A stretch of 64,000 nucleotides of DNA from an uncultured Acidobacteriota bacterium (GTDB lineage: Bacteria; Acidobacteriota; Terriglobia; Terriglobales; Acidobacteriaceae): the NCBI GenBank assembly GCA_963699695.1, contig CAVOUU010000004.1, forward strand, positions 437,762-501,761, in the 5' to 3' direction. The notes under the pieces are model-generated. The model was not told the origin of the DNA. It saw only the letters and a list, made by a program, of their open reading frames with translations, and made no database searches. A program made the translations under genes and the position numbers. Shown here piece by piece: positions 37,660 to 47,314 of this stretch (within the stretch, counting starts at the first letter, position 1; every line of letters begins with the position of its first letter).

Positions 37660-38535
37660 TCACAACCTATAACGGCCAGCGAGAACCTCTGCCCGGGTCG
37701 GGAAAGAAATAGTGCATCCGGTTTGCCCCCACTGATTGCCGCAATTGAGGCAGCGAAACTGCGGGCCAATGTCTGTGACTGATTTGCCCTGGCATGCGGG
37801 ACATGGAGGAAGAGCACGGTAGCGCCGAAGGTTCCTTTCTTGGCCTTGTCGGATTCCAATTCCAGCCATTTAAAGAACCCGTCGTACTTGGAACCGCTTT
37901 TGATCCAGTCCAAGGCTTGCGATGTCGAGTCGCACTGATCGTCGAATTTGCCCTTCGGAAAGCTGGTCATTTCATGCAGGTATTCGGCCAGCCATTCTGC
38001 TTTGTCAGGAAGGTGAACAAAGCCGTTCTCGATCGTGCTGGTAACCGAGTGCAGGCGCATTGATCTTCTCGAGCTTCGGCTCGTAGCGAGTTACGGCATG
38101 CAGCCCCTCGTGGCGCAATTCCTGAATCAGCTGGGCACCTGAGCTTTTGTCTTCGATCAAGATGGTTGTGGCCTTGAACCGGTTCGCCTGCTCTCGCACA
38201 GCACGTTTCAATTCCGGATACTCCATCCGGCGACGTAGAACATGCAACAAATAGAGATTGTTCTCTTTCTTTCCCCACGTCGTGCAGACGCTATAGTCAC
38301 TGAGTTCCGTCGCCTTGACAGCCGTGTCCCAGCTTTGGAAAACGAGGTCGAACTTTGAGGATTCGTCGCCGACTTTGTACGTTTTGAACCATGCCAGTTT
38401 GACCATGCCGCCACCGAGAGGAGCCGGCTCCTGTTGATATTGCCCCGAGAAGTTGTATTCGCCCTGTATGGCACGAATGTTCGCGAGAACATCGAGCGAC
38501 TCGCGCCCCGGATGTAGAGCCTCTACGCCGTGCCT
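37660..38535 (-). pseudogene. Phage terminase large-subunit remnant (C-terminal nuclease half, 5'-truncated, at least two frameshifts)
   Basis: Reading starts directly after the hisA stop: RHGVEALHPGRESLDVLANIRAIQGEYNFSGQYQQEPAPLGGGMVKLAWFKTY. It continues in ORF 38005..38406 and shifts frame near 38050 into ORF 37638..38060 (IENGFVHLPDKAEWLAEYLHEMTSFPKGKFDDQCDSTSQALDW). A third frame, 37660..37869, carries a CPAC...CLNC zinc ribbon. No ATPase domain is present. Confidence 0.7.
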
Positions 38536-39216
38536 TTACGCCGAAATCCTACCGGAATACAGGGCCATTCCGACAACGGCGTCCATCCGAAGCGCGTCGA
38601 GGCTGTCGATCTCCTGCTGTGTCCTGATGCCGCCGGCGACCGCCAGCCGCCGCGAAGTGGCCTGTCGGATCGTACTCACAGCCCGCAGCGGAATTCCATT
38701 CATCAAGCCTTCAGTATCGATGTGAGTGTAGAGAAAGGTAGCGCAGAAGGGTTCCAGCGCCCGAATCATGTCGAACGCGGTGACGGAAGTCTCTTTGCGC
38801 CAGCCGTCGATCGCAACCCGGCCGCCTCGCGAATCCAGAGCAAAGACGAGCGCCGCGGCGCCAAGTGCACCTTCCAGCGTAGCAGCGAGTTGCGTGTTGA
38901 TCGTGCCGCTCTGCAACAATGCCGAACCAAAGATGACTCTGCGCGCGCCCGCTTCTAAAAGCTCTCGCGCGGTCGCGAGGCTGCGAATTCCGCCACCCAC
39001 CTGGCAGTTGAGCTGTCTTACAATCTGGTTTACCAAGAGCCGGTTGCTCCCACTACCCCGCGCCGCGTCAAGGTCAATCACCTGGACCAGCGGGTACTTT
39101 GAGAAGCGCTCGATCCAATAGCTGAAGTTGTCGAACTCCAGCGCTTTCCTCTCACCCTGAACCAACTGCACAATCTTGCCGCCCATCAGGTCGATCGACG
39201 GAATTAGCATGGCCAC
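38536..39216 (-). CDS. hisA: ProFAR isomerase HisA
   Basis: 226 aa with the N-terminal [15 protein letters not shown] motif and (beta/alpha)8 HisA/HisF-like sequence. Last gene of the operon. The C-terminus ([13 protein letters not shown]) looks short. Confidence 0.8.
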   Translation of the reverse strand: MAMLIPSIDLMGGKIVQLVQGERKALEFDNFSYWIERFSKYPLVQVIDLDAARGSGSNRLLVNQIVRQLNCQVGGGIRSLATARELLEAGARRVIFGSALLQSGTINTQLAATLEGALGAAALVFALDSRGGRVAIDGWRKETSVTAFDMIRALEPFCATFLYTHIDTEGLMNGIPLRAVSTIRQATSRRLAVAGGIRTQQEIDSLDALRMDAVVGMALYSGRISA

Positions 39217-39965
39217 CTCACCGGTATGCTGGCATGGTGCAGTTCGAGCTTCAGTTGTGCGATATTCTCGATGCCGAAGTGAAAAATGGAGGCGGCCAGA
39301 GCTGCGTCCGCGCGGCCTTCGCGAAACACCTGGATGAAGTCCAGCGGAGATCCAGCACCTCCGGAGGCAATGACCGGAATCGAGACTGCTTCGGCCACGG
39401 CGCGTACTAATTGGCAGTCAAACCCGGATTGAGTTCCGTCCCGGTCCATCGAAGTCAGCAGAATCTCGCCCGCTCCGCAAGCCGCCGCTTCCCGCGCCCA
39501 TCGAATCGCATCACGGCCTGTGGGCGTGCGTCCACCTGCGGTGAACACTTCAAACCCTCCATTGACCTTTCTGGCATCGATGGACACTACAACGGCCTGC
39601 GACCCAAAGCGGGCTGCGATCGCGCCAATCAGCGCAGGGTCGCGAACTGCGGCAGAGTTGATCGCGATCTTGTCTGCACCCGCGTTGAAGATCGCGGCCG
39701 CATCCTCGATTTGTCGAACTCCACCCCCCACGGTGAAGGGAACAAATAGCGAGCGCGCGGTACCACGGACGACGTCCAGCAAAGTGCGCCGGTTCCCGCT
39801 GGTCGCGGTAATATCCAGCAGCACGATTTCGTCCGCGCCATTGCGGGCGTGGGCGGCGGCACACTCCGCCGGATCGCCGGCGTCGCGCAAATTCTTGAAC
39901 TGCACGCCCTTCACGACGCGGCCACCATCGACATCGAGGCAGGCGATGATGCGTTTGGTCAACAC
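39204..39965 (-). CDS. hisF: Imidazole glycerol phosphate synthase cyclase subunit HisF
   Basis: 253 aa with [17 protein letters not shown] and [15 protein letters not shown]. Confidence 0.93.
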   Translation of the reverse strand: MLTKRIIACLDVDGGRVVKGVQFKNLRDAGDPAECAAAHARNGADEIVLLDITATSGNRRTLLDVVRGTARSLFVPFTVGGGVRQIEDAAAIFNAGADKIAINSAAVRDPALIGAIAARFGSQAVVVSIDARKVNGGFEVFTAGGRTPTGRDAIRWAREAAACGAGEILLTSMDRDGTQSGFDCQLVRAVAEAVSIPVIASGGAGSPLDFIQVFREGRADAALAASIFHFGIENIAQLKLELHHASIPVRWPC

Positions 39966-39966
39966 G

Positions 39967-40557
39967 TCAAACCTCGCAAAAGTTTTTCAGGATCGCAAGC
40001 CCCACGTCTCCTGATTTCTCCGGATGGAACTGAACTCCGAAAATGTTGTGTCGCTCGACGGCGGCGGAAAAAGGCTGTCCGTATTCACTCATCGCACTCA
40101 TTGCGGGAAGCACGGGCGCATGAAAAGAGTGGGTGTAGTAGACAAATGAATCTTGCGCGACGCCTCGCAGCAGTCGCGAGCCTTCCTGAATGCGCAAAGA
40201 ATTCCAGCCAACATGCGGCGACTTCACCGAACTCGGAAAGCGCTGGCATTTACCGGAGAAAATACCTGCCCCGGCAACTTCAAGGCACTCCTCGCTCCCG
40301 TCGAAAAGCCACTGCATTCCAAGGCAGATGCCAAGAAGAGGTTTTCCCGCGGACGCGGCTTGCACCAAGGCCTGGCGCAAGCCCGTGCGGTCCAGGGACT
40401 GCAGAGAAGAAAAATGCCCCACTCCGGGCAATACGATTTTGTCCGCCGCGCTCACAGTCTGGGGTCGGTCTGTCACCACAACGTCGGTTCCGAGGCAGGC
40501 AAATGCCTTCTTCACCGAATTCAAATTGCCTGCGCCATAATCCACGACGACGATCAT
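39967..40557 (-). CDS. hisH: Imidazole glycerol phosphate synthase glutaminase subunit HisH
   Basis: 196 aa with [12 protein letters not shown], catalytic GICLGMQ, and [10 protein letters not shown]. Confidence 0.93.
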   Translation of the reverse strand: MIVVVDYGAGNLNSVKKAFACLGTDVVVTDRPQTVSAADKIVLPGVGHFSSLQSLDRTGLRQALVQAASAGKPLLGICLGMQWLFDGSEECLEVAGAGIFSGKCQRFPSSVKSPHVGWNSLRIQEGSRLLRGVAQDSFVYYTHSFHAPVLPAMSAMSEYGQPFSAAVERHNIFGVQFHPEKSGDVGLAILKNFCEV

Positions 40558-41141
40558 AGAAGTCCCTTGGTGCTGGGGAGCATCCTGCCGAGGCGGCGGT
40601 CACGGGAGCAGGCCACGCGCAGGGCTCGCGCGAATGCCTTGAAGAGCGCTTCGATTTTGTGATGGCTGGCGCGTCCGTATAGCACCCGGGCATGAACATT
40701 GGCGCGAGCACCACGCGCAAAGCCCTCGAAGAAGTCGCAAACTAGTTCCACTTGCAGATCTCCGACTCGCGCCGCACGGACCTTGGTATCGACCACTGCA
40801 GCTGCCCGTCCACCGAAATCGACGGCTGCCAAGCCGAGAGTCTCGTCCATGGGCATGACAAAGTATCCGGCCCGCAAAATGCCACGGCGATCTCCTAACG
40901 CGCGGTCGAAGGCCTCACCGAGGGCAATGCCGACGTCTTCCACGGTATGGTGCTGATCCACGTCCAGGTCGCCGACTGCCTTGATTTTCAAATCGAATCC
41001 GCCGTGCCGTGCGAACAGCTCCAGCATATGGTCCAGAAAGCGGATTCCAGTAGAGACCTCGTACTTGCCGCGTCCCTCAATGGTGAGCGCGATCTTAATC
41101 TCAGTTTCCGCGGTCTTGCGATTCAGCCTGGCTTTCCTCAA
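40554..41141 (-). CDS. hisB: Imidazoleglycerol-phosphate dehydratase HisB (monofunctional)
   Basis: 195 aa with [26 protein letters not shown] and [11 protein letters not shown]. Confidence 0.93.
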   Translation of the reverse strand: MRKARLNRKTAETEIKIALTIEGRGKYEVSTGIRFLDHMLELFARHGGFDLKIKAVGDLDVDQHHTVEDVGIALGEAFDRALGDRRGILRAGYFVMPMDETLGLAAVDFGGRAAAVVDTKVRAARVGDLQVELVCDFFEGFARGARANVHARVLYGRASHHKIEALFKAFARALRVACSRDRRLGRMLPSTKGLL

Positions 41142-42220
41142 GCGGTCGCCTCACGATGGAGCCTGAATTCCCCAAGTACCTCGCGCAAGGCGGAGATCAG
41201 AGTCTGCGTATGTTCGAGAGAGCCGACCGTCAGGCGCACGCAACCATCGCACGCTGGATCGGCGTGCCGGTCGCGGACCAGTATCCCGCGGGTGCGCAAA
41301 GCTTGAATGAATTCCGCGTAGGCGGGACCGACACGCACCAGCACAAAGTTGGCGCGGCTCGGCCAGCAGTGCAGGCCAAGAGCTTTCAGCTCCTGCTGCA
41401 ATAGTTCGCGGCCGCGCCGCACCGCGCTGACATAATGCTTGACATACTCGTGATCGCGAAGCGCCTCGGGCAACACTGCAAGCGCAACCGCATTCACGTT
41501 GTAAGGCGAAGCAACGCGGCGCACCATTGCCATCTGTGCCGCATCTCCGGCGAGGATGCCGATTCGAAGACCTGCCAGCCCGTAAGCTTTCGAGAATGTT
41601 CTTGCCGTGAAGAGATTGGCCGGCTGTGCAGCGTGGTGAAGGAGGGTCTCTCCGTGAAACTCAAAGTAGGCTTCGTCCACCAGAATCGCCGCATGCGGCG
41701 CTACATGAGCGATTCGCAGCAGGATGTCGCATGCGACCGCCGTCCCGGTTGGATTATTAGGATTGGCCACCGCGATCAACCGTGTGCGTGGGCTGATCCG
41801 CGAGAGCAGATCGTCCAGAGGAAAGACGAAGTTCTCGCCGGAAGCAACCTGGACCACGCGAGCGCCCTCGGCTTGGGCGAAGATCGCATACATGGCGAAG
41901 GTGGGCACCACGATGATCGCCTCGTCACCGGGATCGAGATAGGTCGAGCACAGCAGGTGAATCGCTTCATCCACGCCATTCGTGAGCAGCACCTGCGACG
42001 CATCGAGTCCGAGAAAGCCAGCGACCTCGGCCTCGACCGGTTCGCGCTCCGGATAACGAGCCAGCGCTTCGGCATCCATCGCCCGCAGCCTTGCCAGTAC
42101 ACGCGGCGAACAACCGATGGTGCTCTCGTTGAAATCGAGACGCAGCCCTTGGCGGCCTGCCAGGGGTGGCCGATAGGCATGCAAATCCCTTACTGCAGCG
42201 CGCGCCTCAAGCATTCGCAC
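41138..42220 (-). CDS. hisC: Histidinol-phosphate aminotransferase HisC
   Basis: 360 aa with VANPNNPTG and the PLP-lysine context [14 protein letters not shown]. Confidence 0.9.
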   Translation of the reverse strand: MRMLEARAAVRDLHAYRPPLAGRQGLRLDFNESTIGCSPRVLARLRAMDAEALARYPEREPVEAEVAGFLGLDASQVLLTNGVDEAIHLLCSTYLDPGDEAIIVVPTFAMYAIFAQAEGARVVQVASGENFVFPLDDLLSRISPRTRLIAVANPNNPTGTAVACDILLRIAHVAPHAAILVDEAYFEFHGETLLHHAAQPANLFTARTFSKAYGLAGLRIGILAGDAAQMAMVRRVASPYNVNAVALAVLPEALRDHEYVKHYVSAVRRGRELLQQELKALGLHCWPSRANFVLVRVGPAYAEFIQALRTRGILVRDRHADPACDGCVRLTVGSLEHTQTLISALREVLGEFRLHREATA

Positions 42221-43469
42221 ACCTCACCCGCAACGATTCAGCGTGTCCGCGCAAGCCCTCGGCTTCGGCAAGCACAATGGCCGCAGGGGCGATTCGGCGA
42301 ATGCCTTCGCGGGAGACTTCCTGGCAAGAAATGATGCGAACGTAATCCAGCACGCTCAGGCCACCTCGCACGCGCGCCATCGCTCCGGTCGGCAATACGT
42401 GATTCGGCCCCGAGATGTAATCACCCGCCGACTGGGGGGTGAACTCGTTCAGAAAAATCGAGCCGGCGTTTTGAACCGATGGTGCCAAGGCTGCCGGCAG
42501 CGTGAGATGCTCGGGCGCGATGCGGTTCGCAATCTCGACCGCTTGACCGAGAGATTCAACCAACAGGATGGCGCCGCGACGAGAAAGTGATTCCGCAGCA
42601 ATCGGATTGGCCCGCGTGCGCCGATGCACTTCGCTCCGCACAGCTTTCGCCAATCCCCGCGAACTTGTGATCAAGACACACAGCGCGTCAGGATCGTGCT
42701 CCGACTGCGCCACCAGGTCACATGCGACGAGCGCCGGATCGCCCACCTCGCTGATGAACACAGCTTCGGTAGGACCAGCCAGGAACTCAATCGCGCAATC
42801 GAACGCAACCAGCTTCTTCGCTGCGGTGACATACCGGTTGCCCGGACCGACGATCTTATTTACGCGCGGAATGCTCTCGGTTCCATAGGCGAGGGCAGCA
42901 ATGGCCTGTGCTCCACCCACGCGATAGAACTCACGCACGCCGAGAAATTTCGCAGCGGCCAAAGTCGCCTGGGCCGGGCGCGGCGACACCACGCGGATCT
43001 GCGATACGCCTGCAACCTGCGCCGGAATCACGGTCATCAGCAATGTGGAAGGCAAGGGATAACGTCCGCCGGGAACGTAGCAACCTACCGATTCCAGCGG
43101 CCGCACCAACTGGCCTACACAAACTCCGGGATGAATTTCGTGCCGCCATTCCTGCGGTTTCTGCCACTCGCAATAGCGCCGAATGTTAGCCGCGGCCTGG
43201 GTGATGGCCTGTTGTAGTTCCAGAGGGGTTCGATCCCAGGCATCATGCAGGTCGGCCTCGGGCACGCGCACAGTTTCGCTGCTGGCTAAGCCATCCCAGC
43301 GCTCCCCATAACGGCGCAAGGCACGCTCGCGATTGCGGCGGACATTGCTCACGATGCGCCGCACCGCCGGCTCAACCTCAGCGAGATCGCTTGCGCCGCG
43401 CTGCTCCAGTGCTCGCACGAAGCGGTCTTTTCTGGTCCCCTCAAGAATGCGCATCACATCGCCCATCAC
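42207..43469 (-). CDS. hisD: Histidinol dehydrogenase HisD
   Basis: About 420 aa with QSEHDPDA and [15 protein letters not shown]. The start (GTG 43469 or ATG 43466) overlaps the hisG stop. Confidence 0.92.
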   Translation of the reverse strand: MMGDVMRILEGTRKDRFVRALEQRGASDLAEVEPAVRRIVSNVRRNRERALRRYGERWDGLASSETVRVPEADLHDAWDRTPLELQQAITQAAANIRRYCEWQKPQEWRHEIHPGVCVGQLVRPLESVGCYVPGGRYPLPSTLLMTVIPAQVAGVSQIRVVSPRPAQATLAAAKFLGVREFYRVGGAQAIAALAYGTESIPRVNKIVGPGNRYVTAAKKLVAFDCAIEFLAGPTEAVFISEVGDPALVACDLVAQSEHDPDALCVLITSSRGLAKAVRSEVHRRTRANPIAAESLSRRGAILLVESLGQAVEIANRIAPEHLTLPAALAPSVQNAGSIFLNEFTPQSAGDYISGPNHVLPTGAMARVRGGLSVLDYVRIISCQEVSREGIRRIAPAAIVLAEAEGLRGHAESLRVRCANA

Positions 43470-44335
43470 ATCACCACCTTATTCAGCGGATACTCCACGA
43501 TTCCCTGCGCATTCGCTTCCTTCAGCTTCGGAATCAGAGTCCAGGCGGCCTGCTCATCGATGATGGTATTGACCGCAACCCATTCGCCGTCCGCCAAGGG
43601 TGCGACGGTTGGATTCTTCAACGCGGGCAGCAGGCCGAGAACCCTAGCCACGTCCGGCTTGCGGACGTTGAGCATCAGGCCCACGCGGCCCTGCGCCGCC
43701 ATGGCCCCGGAGAGCATTACCGCCAGGTTTTCGATCTTGCGCCGCCGCGCAGAATCGGCCAAGGCTGTTTTGTTCGCGATCAGTTGGGTATTCGACTCCA
43801 GCACGGTTTCGATAATTCTGAGGTGGTTGGCGCGCAGCGAACTCCCCGTCTCCGTGACTTCGACGATGGCGTCCGCCAACAACGGCGGTTTCACTTCGGT
43901 CGCGCCCCAGGAGAATTCAACCCGCACAGACACGTTCCGACCAGCAAAGTAGTTGCGCGTAAAATTCACCAGTTCGGTGGCTACGATCCGGCCCTCAAGG
44001 TCTTGAGGTTTCTGAAAGTCTGAATCCTCCGGCACAGCCAGCACCCATCTCACTTTGCCCATACTCTGTTTGGCATAGATCAGGTCAGTGACGCGGACCA
44101 CCTCAAGGCCGCTCTCCGCCACCCAGTCGAGACCGGTCAGGCCGGCATCGAGCGCACCATGTTCGACATAGCGCGCCATTTCCTGCGCACGAATGAGCAG
44201 GCATTCGATTTCTGGATCATCGGTGGCGGCGAAATAGGAGCGCGCGCTGGTGTAGACACGCAGTCCGGCACGGCTGAACAGGCCGAGCGTTGCTTCCTGC
44301 AAGCTTCCCTTGGGGATGCCCAAACGAAGTTTCAT
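43466..44335 (-). CDS. hisG: ATP phosphoribosyltransferase HisG (long form with C-terminal regulatory domain)
   Basis: Tracked ORF extends to 44530. The real start is taken as [12 protein letters not shown] at ATG 44335, which forms an ATGA overlap with the hisI stop. Contains [13 protein letters not shown] and a C-terminal ACT-like domain. Confidence 0.9.
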   Translation of the reverse strand: MKLRLGIPKGSLQEATLGLFSRAGLRVYTSARSYFAATDDPEIECLLIRAQEMARYVEHGALDAGLTGLDWVAESGLEVVRVTDLIYAKQSMGKVRWVLAVPEDSDFQKPQDLEGRIVATELVNFTRNYFAGRNVSVRVEFSWGATEVKPPLLADAIVEVTETGSSLRANHLRIIETVLESNTQLIANKTALADSARRRKIENLAVMLSGAMAAQGRVGLMLNVRKPDVARVLGLLPALKNPTVAPLADGEWVAVNTIIDEQAAWTLIPKLKEANAQGIVEYPLNKVVM

Positions 44336-44691
44336 CGCCGCGTCTCCTCCGCCACATCTATGGCCTCCGCACCAAGTTGCAGTTGCTGCGTGAAGCAGGA
44401 TTTCGATCCGGTATGGCAAACCTTGCCCTCGCCCAACACGCGGACGCGGAACAGCACCGTGTCGCGGTCGCAGTCGGTCCATGCCGCCATGACCTGCAGC
44501 CGATTGCCGGAAGTTTCTCCTTTGGTCCACAGCCTTTTTCGCGTGCGGCTATAAAACGTGACGAAGCCCGTGCGCAACGTTGTCTCCAGCGCTTTGCAGT
44601 TCATGAAGCCCACCATTAGCAGCTCTCCGGTGCGTGCATCCTGAATCACTGCGGCTACCAGGCCTTGCATTTTGTCGAAGTCGATTTCCAT
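44332..44691 (-). CDS. hisI: Phosphoribosyl-AMP cyclohydrolase HisI (no fused HisE domain)
   Basis: Start taken at [11 protein letters not shown] (ATG 44691, GGAG 9 nt upstream). Contains [31 protein letters not shown] and CDRDTVL...GEGKVCHTG. Confidence 0.88.
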   Translation of the reverse strand: MEIDFDKMQGLVAAVIQDARTGELLMVGFMNCKALETTLRTGFVTFYSRTRKRLWTKGETSGNRLQVMAAWTDCDRDTVLFRVRVLGEGKVCHTGSKSCFTQQLQLGAEAIDVAEETRR

Positions 44692-44736
44692 TAGATCGCT
44701 CCGTCCCTGCATCCCGCTGCTCGAAGCCCGCGGCAG

Positions 44737-44775
44737 AAACAAAAAGCCCGCTGCGCGGTTCGCGTCAGCGGGCTT
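44737..44775 (-). terminator. Intrinsic terminator of the his attenuator
   Basis: Minus-strand RNA reads AAGCCCGCUG-ACGCGAACCGCG-CAGCGGGCUU followed by UUUUGUUU. A perfect 10-bp stem extends through CGCG/CGCG. It lies between the leader stop (44803) and the hisI start (44691). Confidence 0.8.
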
Positions 44776-44802
44776 GGATTTCCTATCAGTGCTTTTAGGC
44801 TG

Positions 44803-44880
44803 TTATCCGTAGTCCTCCGCCGACGCGCTCATCGCGTGATGGTGATGATGATGGTGACGGTGGTAGTTCGACGAGATCAT
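44803..44880 (-). CDS. hisL: his operon leader peptide (25 aa, 8 His in 9 codons)
   Basis: Reverse strand: ATG ATC TCG TCG AAC TAC CAC CGT CAC CAT CAT CAT CAC CAT CAC GCG ATG AGC GCG TCG GCG GAG GAC TAC GGA TAA = MISSNYHRHHHHHHHAMSASAEDYG. An in-frame TAA lies 12 nt upstream of the ATG. Too short for the ORF track. Confidence 0.8.
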   Translation of the reverse strand: MISSNYHRHHHHHHHAMSASAEDYG

Positions 44881-44889
44881 AACTGCTTG

Positions 44890-44919
44890 ATGTTAGGACG
44901 GTGGGCATTTCTCCGTCAA
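44890..44919 (-). promoter_or_regulatory. Candidate his promoter (TTGACG-18-TAACAT on the minus strand)
   Basis: Hexamer match only. The -10 element ends 9 nt before the leader ATG, and no Shine-Dalgarno sequence is visible. Confidence 0.3.
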
Positions 44920-45190
44920 TCGAATTTCACATACTTACAGTCGCAAAAAGCCGGAACTCCGCGACTCGCCAATTTGCGGCGGATTGACACGCCATCCCTT
45001 AGAGCGCCAACTCCTATTAGAAAAAGGCACTTGGCCGCTCTCGCTGTTTACCCGTCGAGGGGGCGCATCGCAAACTTGCATTGGTCCCATCATTTCTTTG
45101 CGTGCTCATCAGGGTGGGCCGAAAGGAAATTTGGAGAGGTCAACAGGATGGTATGCAGGAGGTCGAAAAGCTCCATCGGCTGTTGGGACC

Positions 45191-47314
45191 TTAATCGCGG
45201 TTTCGCGGCTGGCGAATTGTTACGTTCCGCTCCGGCAGAGCCTCAAGGGTCACGACCTCGAATGGTCCCAGCGTGAAGGTATGTTGCTGTCCAGCTGCGA
45301 GCGCCAGTGGAGTAGCTGTTCTGTCTTGCGTCCAACGGTTACGCGCCATAAATCGGCCGGGCACCCCTGAAGGTAGCTCAAAAGCCTGCCCGACGTCGAT
45401 CACGATGCTCTGACCCTTGTCGCTCGGATTTCGCAGCGTGAGTATGGCTTTCGCTGGCGACCAGGCGGCCCACCCGTAAATTTTCAACTTGCCTGGGTCG
45501 CCGCCTACCCAATGTGTGTCTCTTAGAACCTCTGCGTTTTGTCGTGACCAATTCGCCGCTTCCGCAAGCACATCCCAATCCTTCTTTAAGAGGAGCGAGT
45601 GCGAAATATATAACTCCTGAAGTTGAGTTCCGCTACCGAAGTACGAATGGACTTCATTTTCGAAGTCGCTTCCCTGGTCGCTATCCAGATGTTCTGCCTG
45701 CCTGGCGTAAATCAGCCCGTGCAACATGAGCGAATTCAAGGGAAAGAGCGGACCGGCTTGCACAACGTTCTGATAGGTCTGCGCGTCCCTGTAAGTGATC
45801 CATTTCTCGCGCCAGGTTCCGACTCCGGTAAAGCTGTGGTCGTCTCCTCCTCGCCAGATCGAGTCGGCGTAGCGCAACCAGAACGGTGAAGGATAGGTTC
45901 CAGTGGTGAGGTTGACGAAGAGGTCTGGCTTTTCTGCGCGCCACTCCTCGATCAAACGGATGGCCGCTGCAAAGTCACTATCGAAACTACTGCCGGGGAA
46001 AACGCTGTCGACATTGCCGGTGCCGTCAATTTTGAACTGGTTGATTCCGTCCTTGATGAAATCGAGGGAAACCTCCCGGAACCGGGAGTAGTACTTTGGG
46101 CCGGAGAGAGCAAACCCTCCTGCATTGGTTTCGAAACCGTGACTTTGGCCGAAGTCGATGCGCCGCTGCTTTGCTTCTTCATAGCCTCCCCATGGGGAGA
46201 GCCATATTCCCATCGCCGCACCATATTTTTGCGCGGCCTGATTTAAAGGACGAATGCCTTCTGGGAACCCCGCATTCATCTGCCACGTCGAACTTGGATT
46301 GTCCCAGCCATCATCGAGAAGAAAGGAATCCAACTTCACGTTGCGCCGGCGAACCAGTTCGGTTCCGAAAGCGTGGATGACATCGAGCACCGCGGCCGCA
46401 TCGTACGGCTTGCCGTAGCCAATGTCGTACCACGAGTTGTAGTGGAGAAATGTTCGGTAGGGATGAGCTCGCTCGCGCTCAATGTAGTTGAGAAATCCGC
46501 GGCGCATTTGGCCGGCAGGTGACACTCCGATAACTAGGGAATATTCGACGGTTTGGCCCTTCGTCAGGGGTAGTTCCCGCTTGATAGTGCAAGTTACAGT
46601 GTTTGTCGCCTGGCACACGGCCAAGGGATTTTCGAATCCGAGAAATAAGTTTCCGGCGGTGACGGGAGAGCCTTTGACTTTCCCAATCACTCTCGCTCGT
46701 GGCAGGCTCCCATCGAATAAACTCACTTCGACAATTGGCTCATCGCTATCCGGCGCCGAGAGCGAGATCTCTTCCCGAATATAGTTCGAATCGTCGCGGA
46801 GCACGACGCGCCAGACGATGGAAACGCTTCTCTTCGTCTCTTGCTCTGTTTTTTGCTTCTCTTCAGATTCTCTGCCGAGGTATTGCAGGCGGAGAGAAAT
46901 AGCTTTGCCCGCAAAATGATCGCCTGCGCGCGATGCTCTGGGGTTCGATGGCAGATCCTCAATCTGTGGACCGCCGGTGATGACCATGTCGGAGGCGTGG
47001 ACTGTCGTCCCATCTTTGAAGGTGAAGCTGAAGGCATCGCGCGGAAGAGAGACCAGCGTCCTGGTGCTTTGGGCTGCCAGCGTGACAGCGGTCAGCTTAC
47101 CTTCGGCGACCGACCATTGCGCCTGGATCTTCTGGTTCGCTAACGAGAGAACTCCGACTCGTATCTGCGCATTTGCTTTTCCCGCAGAAATTCCGTAGAG
47201 CACGGGAGTCTGTCCCGCTGCGAGGGAACAAACATAGAGGAGGAACACGACGAGCCCTGCTCTCAGTTTCCATGCAATTGCAGAGGCGGAAATCGGCATT
47301 CTGCTTGTCAGCAT
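45191..47314 (-). CDS. Secreted clan GH-D-like glycosidase (alpha-galactosidase / alpha-N-acetylgalactosaminidase-like)
   Basis: Tracked to 47911. The start is set at ATG 47314 (MLTSRMPISASAIAWKLRAGLVVFLLYVCSLAAGQ signal), which shares its A with the agaS TGA. Catalytic-domain hallmarks are FLLDDGWDN and KIDGTGN. Confidence 0.75.
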   Translation of the reverse strand: MLTSRMPISASAIAWKLRAGLVVFLLYVCSLAAGQTPVLYGISAGKANAQIRVGVLSLANQKIQAQWSVAEGKLTAVTLAAQSTRTLVSLPRDAFSFTFKDGTTVHASDMVITGGPQIEDLPSNPRASRAGDHFAGKAISLRLQYLGRESEEKQKTEQETKRSVSIVWRVVLRDDSNYIREEISLSAPDSDEPIVEVSLFDGSLPRARVIGKVKGSPVTAGNLFLGFENPLAVCQATNTVTCTIKRELPLTKGQTVEYSLVIGVSPAGQMRRGFLNYIERERAHPYRTFLHYNSWYDIGYGKPYDAAAVLDVIHAFGTELVRRRNVKLDSFLLDDGWDNPSSTWQMNAGFPEGIRPLNQAAQKYGAAMGIWLSPWGGYEEAKQRRIDFGQSHGFETNAGGFALSGPKYYSRFREVSLDFIKDGINQFKIDGTGNVDSVFPGSSFDSDFAAAIRLIEEWRAEKPDLFVNLTTGTYPSPFWLRYADSIWRGGDDHSFTGVGTWREKWITYRDAQTYQNVVQAGPLFPLNSLMLHGLIYARQAEHLDSDQGSDFENEVHSYFGSGTQLQELYISHSLLLKKDWDVLAEAANWSRQNAEVLRDTHWVGGDPGKLKIYGWAAWSPAKAILTLRNPSDKGQSIVIDVGQAFELPSGVPGRFMARNRWTQDRTATPLALAAGQQHTFTLGPFEVVTLEALPERNVTIRQPRNRD

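Noticed and set aside
25080-38535. Direct repeat of the tRNA-Ser 3' end (att site) and a tyrosine integrase that would define a bona fide island
   Set aside because: I could find neither by eye, so the island interpretation stays a hypothesis rather than a feature call.
44336-44530. 65-codon extension of hisG, with similar extensions of fliI (1459..1650) and the sigma54 activator (12617..12886)
   Set aside because: Each extension overlaps the preceding gene and lacks family-typical sequence. The conserved N-termini begin at internal starts with coupling overlaps or an SD.
45105-45112. CUGAUGAG (hammerhead-ribozyme core motif) on the minus strand in the 300-nt gap upstream of the his leader
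   Set aside because: The following sequence (CACGCAAAGAAAUG) cannot form stem II and no stem I or III partners are evident. The match is most likely coincidental.
44836-45276. 146-aa plus-strand ORF beginning MMVMMMVTVVV
   Set aside because: Its start is simply the reverse complement of the His-codon run of the leader peptide. The rest has no gene-like features.
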